A stretch of 64,000 nt of DNA from Spirochaetota bacterium. Its GTDB lineage: Bacteria > Spirochaetota > UBA4802 > UBA5550. Both the position numbers and the translations under genes were made by a program. A model generated the notes under the pieces. It saw only the letters and a program-made list of their open reading frames with translations. It ran no database searches and was not told the DNA's origin. Where the stretch lies: the NCBI GenBank assembly GCA_963664815.2, contig CAXXHB010000003.1, forward strand, positions 384,001 to 448,000, written 5' to 3'. This document shows, one piece after another, positions 60,081-64,000 of this stretch (its first letter is position 1; the number at the start of each line of letters is the position of its first letter).

Positions 60081-60797
60081 TTAGTCATCTGCATTATCCT
60101 CAGGGGTGAATTTAAGTTCTTTATTTAATATTCCTATGGCGAATTCACCTTTTTCAGTCAGTTTATCAATAACCAGGTTCATGCTGTCTGAGTTGAAATT
60201 TATGTATTCCTCAAACTTTTTTGTCATCTCTCTTCCTATTACAATTTCCTTCCCGGGGAAAACCTCACCGATATCTTTAAGAGTTTTCTTTATTCTGTGA
60301 GGGGATTCATATATAATAATAATCCCTTCATGAGTCTTAAGTCTGTTGAGTTCATTTACCCTCTTTCCCGGCTTTTTGCTGAGGAATCCTCCGAAGAGAA
60401 CGGTTTTTTCAGGGAATCCGGAAATGGAAACAAGGGTGGTAAGAGCCGATACACCAGGGACAGGAATTACGTTTATACCCTCCTTCCTTGCCATGAATAC
60501 GATTTTACTGCCGGGATCGGATAGTCCCGGGGTCCCCGAATCGGTCATATATCCGGTATTAATACCGCTTTTTACTTCATCAATGAGTGATAATATCTTT
60601 CTGTCGTCCGAGTGCATATGCAGGGATCGGAGGGGTTTGTTTATACCGTGATACGATAGAATACGTGCCGTCTGGCGGGTGTCTTCACAGTATAATATTT
60701 CCACTGTTTCTTTCAGAATCTGCAGCGCCCTGAGAGTTATATCGTCAGGGTTTCCTATAGGCGCTGCAATGATGTATAGAGATGCTGTGACGGACAT
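60081..60797 (-). CDS. rsmI: 16S rRNA (cytidine1402-2'-O)-methyltransferase
   Basis: PIGN..DITLRA, CEDTR, DSGTPGLSDPG, YESPHR, REMTK.FEE. Confidence 0.93.
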   Translation of the reverse strand: MSVTASLYIIAAPIGNPDDITLRALQILKETVEILYCEDTRQTARILSYHGINKPLRSLHMHSDDRKILSLIDEVKSGINTGYMTDSGTPGLSDPGSKIVFMARKEGINVIPVPGVSALTTLVSISGFPEKTVLFGGFLSKKPGKRVNELNRLKTHEGIIIIYESPHRIKKTLKDIGEVFPGKEIVIGREMTKKFEEYINFNSDSMNLVIDKLTEKGEFAIGILNKELKFTPEDNADD

Positions 60798-60968
60798 ATT
60801 TCTTTCCTGTATAAACCGGGATTTGTCCCTGCCGGAATATTTATTGCGGCGGGACTGTGATGTACTTTTTCAGATTAACTGCCTGCTTATTTCTGGCAAT
60901 GCTTTTTTCATATTTATTTAACCGGAAGATCCTGTAACAGTCAGCCCTTCATTTAATAATTCAATTAA

Positions 60969-62519
60969 TTAATCATTTCTTCTGAGTATGCTGGTAAGTT
61001 TGTCTGCCGAATGGGAGAGATTTCCGGACAGGCTGCTTATCTCTTCAGCGCCCGAGGCAAGATCCTGAGTCGATTCATTTATAACGCTGATCGATTTTGT
61101 TATCTCTTCAAGGGCGAACTTCAGCTCCTGCATCGATGTTTTTATCTCATCTGAACCGGCAAGGACTGCGCCGGCATTCTTTTGCAGCTTTGTATTCATG
61201 GAGAGGTCATCTTCAGAAGTTTTATTTACTTCCACCACAAGCTCTCCGAACTGTGATGCAAGTCTTAAAACCTCCTCCGATGAGGTATTGACATTTTTTA
61301 ACGCCTGACCAGTTATTTTAACCTCTTTATCAGTAATCTGAACAAGGGATGTTATCTCTTTGGCATTAATCTGCGTTTTTTCGGCAAGTTTGCCAACTTC
61401 ATCCGCAACAACTGCGAAACCCTTTCCATGTTCACCTGCGCGTGCCGCTTCAATCGAAGCATTCAGCGAAAGAAGGTTGATCTGATCGGAGACATCATTT
61501 ATCAAAGATGTCGCTTCAGAAACCTTGCCGCTGCTTGAAATCACATTGTCAAGTGCTTTCTGACATTTGATGATCTCTCCGATTGCGTCATTAATTCTTA
61601 TGTCCAGTTTTGTTTTTAAATCGAGAGCAAGGTTCATTCTCGATCTGCCGGAGGATACAAGATCAAACATTTTTTTCAGATCATCCAGAAGAAGGGTTAT
61701 CTTCTGGTTCTGTGTAACTGCCATATTTGCGGAAGATTCTGAAGAAGCGGATATCTCTTCCAGAGTTGATGTGATCTCTTCAATGCTTGCAGCCTGTGTC
61801 TGCGCATTGTTTGAAAATGATGAGGAGTTCGACGAAAGAGAGCCTGCTGTTTCGGCCAGGGTATCCGCAACTGTTGTACATGTATGAACCATATTGTTAT
61901 TTTCATCGAGAGACTTCTCAATCTGCCTGTTTTTTTCATCGGTTTCGTCAAGGGTTGATCTGACTATTTTAATAATTAGAATGCAGAGCGCGGATATAAA
62001 AAGCGTCACAGTACCTACCTGTGTGATTGTAACACCTATATATCGCCCCTCTATTATTCCGGATGATGTCAATGTTATAACGACGGTGATTACAAGAACA
62101 GCCCCTGTCGTTGTAATCACCGTCGTCCTGTTGCCGTAAAGAGCGGACATTACAATAAAGATCATGAAATACAGAAAGTATATATATTTGCCGACCATGG
62201 TGCCTACAAGGTGCGCCTGAATGGCTACAAGAAACAGCGGTGTCAGAACCCCGAAATAAACAGCAATGTTGTAGGCGCCGGATCGGAGGATGAAAAGACA
62301 TGTAATAAATCCAAGGACAATAACTGAAATAGTTATATTATAAGTGGATGTTGCTGTATCGGGGGCGAAAATATGAGTAGTTACAGCAGCCAGTGTTATA
62401 AGCAGAAGAAATACAATCTGCATCCACATGAATACAAAGGTCCTCTGCTGTTTCATGAATGGATCGTTTTCATATTTTTTCAGGAAAAATGATTTCAATG
62501 ATGCATTTATTTTATTCAT
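60969..62519 (-). CDS. Methyl-accepting chemotaxis protein with multi-TM N-terminus
   Basis: [30 protein letters not shown]. Confidence 0.93.
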   Translation of the reverse strand: MNKINASLKSFFLKKYENDPFMKQQRTFVFMWMQIVFLLLITLAAVTTHIFAPDTATSTYNITISVIVLGFITCLFILRSGAYNIAVYFGVLTPLFLVAIQAHLVGTMVGKYIYFLYFMIFIVMSALYGNRTTVITTTGAVLVITVVITLTSSGIIEGRYIGVTITQVGTVTLFISALCILIIKIVRSTLDETDEKNRQIEKSLDENNNMVHTCTTVADTLAETAGSLSSNSSSFSNNAQTQAASIEEITSTLEEISASSESSANMAVTQNQKITLLLDDLKKMFDLVSSGRSRMNLALDLKTKLDIRINDAIGEIIKCQKALDNVISSSGKVSEATSLINDVSDQINLLSLNASIEAARAGEHGKGFAVVADEVGKLAEKTQINAKEITSLVQITDKEVKITGQALKNVNTSSEEVLRLASQFGELVVEVNKTSEDDLSMNTKLQKNAGAVLAGSDEIKTSMQELKFALEEITKSISVINESTQDLASGAEEISSLSGNLSHSADKLTSILRRND

Positions 62520-62717
62520 AATTTCACCCGTAACAGAATTTTTATTTTTTTAATCAATAGTAATGCCTGAACCTTTTATAATATAAAATTCTCTGTACTC
62601 CCGGCCGCCTGAAGCGTCCGGGAGATATAATTGTTTATTTTACACTAAAATATATGCTGAAGAATTAACATCGTTTTTTAATGATTAATACAGGTTTATA
62701 TTAATCAACAGTTTTTT

Positions 62718-63557
62718 CTATTTAAAAACAATACCTGAATCTATGCAGATTGACTGGCCGGTTATCTCTTTTGCTGCATCCGAAGCCAGGAATAAAGCGG
62801 CATTTGCCATATCACCGGCTGTCTGGGCCCTTCTTAATGAAGACATTGAACGGGCCAGCCTGTTCATAACATCTTCACTTGTCTTACAGTCCCCGAATGC
62901 TTTGGGATTCAGATTCTTAATCTGCTGGCCCCCCTCTTCGTAGATCGGCGTATAAACAAACCCGGGGCAGATAACATTTACATTTACATTAAAATAACCC
63001 ATCTCTTTGGACAGGGATTGGGCGAAGCTGACAATAGCGGCCTTGGATGCGTTATAATGCGGCTGTAACGGACCTGGTGTAAATGCGGCTATGGATGCAT
63101 TGAATATTATTTTACCCTCTTTTTTTGCGGCAAAGATATTGTAGAATTCGGTTGTAACTTTTACTGATCCGAATACGTTTATGTCAAACACCCTCTGCCA
63201 GTCTTCACAGGCAATATTGGTTAAAGGGGGTCCCACAAAGTCTTTGCCGTCTTTGCTCTTACCCGGTCCCACGCCGGCATTGTTTATCAGAATATCAACT
63301 GTCCCGAAATCTTCCATAACCTTTGTCTTCATGGATTTAATCTCGTCGATATTTCTTACATCAACTTTGCAGAATATTGCCTTAAAACCTGCTTTTTTTA
63401 TATCATTGACCGTTTCCATCCCTTTTACTTCATTGTAATCGCAGACAGCTACGGATGCTCCTGCCCTGGCAAACTGAATTGCCGTTTCGCGCCCGATGCC
63501 TGTAGCGGCCCCGGTGATTACTGCAGCCTTATTACTGAAATCATAAGTTACATTCAT
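62718..63557 (-). CDS. Short-chain dehydrogenase/reductase
   Basis: TGAATGIG, NNAG, YNASK, NVICPG. Confidence 0.9.
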   Translation of the reverse strand: MNVTYDFSNKAAVITGAATGIGRETAIQFARAGASVAVCDYNEVKGMETVNDIKKAGFKAIFCKVDVRNIDEIKSMKTKVMEDFGTVDILINNAGVGPGKSKDGKDFVGPPLTNIACEDWQRVFDINVFGSVKVTTEFYNIFAAKKEGKIIFNASIAAFTPGPLQPHYNASKAAIVSFAQSLSKEMGYFNVNVNVICPGFVYTPIYEEGGQQIKNLNPKAFGDCKTSEDVMNRLARSMSSLRRAQTAGDMANAALFLASDAAKEITGQSICIDSGIVFK

Positions 63558-63596
63558 ATATACAGCCTCCTGATAAATTTGGGATTGATTACAGCA

Positions 63597-64000
63597 TTAG
63601 GGGATGATCATAACCTTTATGGCGCCCGGGTCATTAATCTGTGCTTTGAATGCATCATTTGCCTGATCCAGTGAAAACCTGTGAGAGATCAACGGCCTGG
63701 CATTGACTTTACCGCTTTTAAGAAGTTCAATGGACGCCGGAAAATTTCCTCCTAGGCATCCGATCAGGGATATATTTTTTGATATCATATTCAGAGGATC
63801 CCATGTAAGCGGTTCTTCATATATACCCACCATAAGTATTTTACCCCCCCCGCTGGTTATTTCTATGGACTGCTCGAATGTTGTCCGGGTGCCGGCGCAT
63901 TCAACGACAGCGTTTACACCCATTCTGCCTGTGGCTTCCATAACACCCTTTACAGTATCCTCTTCAGCCGCATCGATTATGATATCAGCTCCGCAGATTT
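63597..64000 (-). CDS. Zinc-binding (MDR) alcohol dehydrogenase, C-terminal part; starts beyond the window
   Basis: GADIIID..VVECAG..GGKILMVG..LISHRFSLD..AF..KVMI. Confidence 0.8.
   Translation of the reverse strand, partial: ICGADIIIDAAEEDTVKGVMEATGRMGVNAVVECAGTRTTFEQSIEITSGGGKILMVGIYEEPLTWDPLNMISKNISLIGCLGGNFPASIELLKSGKVNARPLISHRFSLDQANDAFKAQINDPGAIKVMIIP

Noticed and set aside
294-63438. Numerous overlapping or antisense ORFs in the track (e.g. 5014-5553, 7687-8208, 28242-28823, 53601-54041)
   Set aside because: They shadow well-supported genes on another frame or strand and have no recognisable motifs or RBS
1-64000. Genome-wide UGA recoding (genetic code 4/25)
   Set aside because: Many intact genes end in TGA at the expected C-terminus (argG, argD, hdrA, MoxR), so the UGA at 20766 is site-specific

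Overview
AT-rich bacterial window, probably an anaerobic spirochaete-like organism (inferred from 7TM-AraC regulators, SBBP/FecR lipoproteins and the TPR-SpoIIE-STAS block). The left ~44.8 kb is accessory metabolism. Right of a tRNA-Gly(CCC) lie signalling and housekeeping genes (TPR, PP2C/STAS, MoxR/VWA, argDFG, rsmI, MCP). The main observation is a putative sigma-54 regulon at about 5.1-27.7 kb. It comprises a CBS-PAS-AAA+-HTH activator, a double-cubane-type reductase, a CstA-family transporter, an hdrC1-B1-A(short)-C2-B2 operon, two CoA-transferase alpha/beta pairs, a CoA-disulfide reductase-rhodanese and an Ltp2-like thiolase/DUF35 pair. Three -24/-12 promoters are each preceded by TGTCA-N6-TGAC[AG] boxes. 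The second CoA-transferase alpha subunit is split by one in-frame TGA (20766-20768) followed by a SECIS-like hairpin, so it is probably a selenoprotein, and its beta partner lacks the catalytic Glu. This points to a possibly undescribed selenium-dependent organosulfur/CoA system. Also present are a fatty-acyl catabolic cluster with an unusual ferredoxin-[GltD/NfnB insert]-nitroreductase fusion and two duplicated promoter/leader elements. All calls come from reading motifs by eye; no database searches were run.
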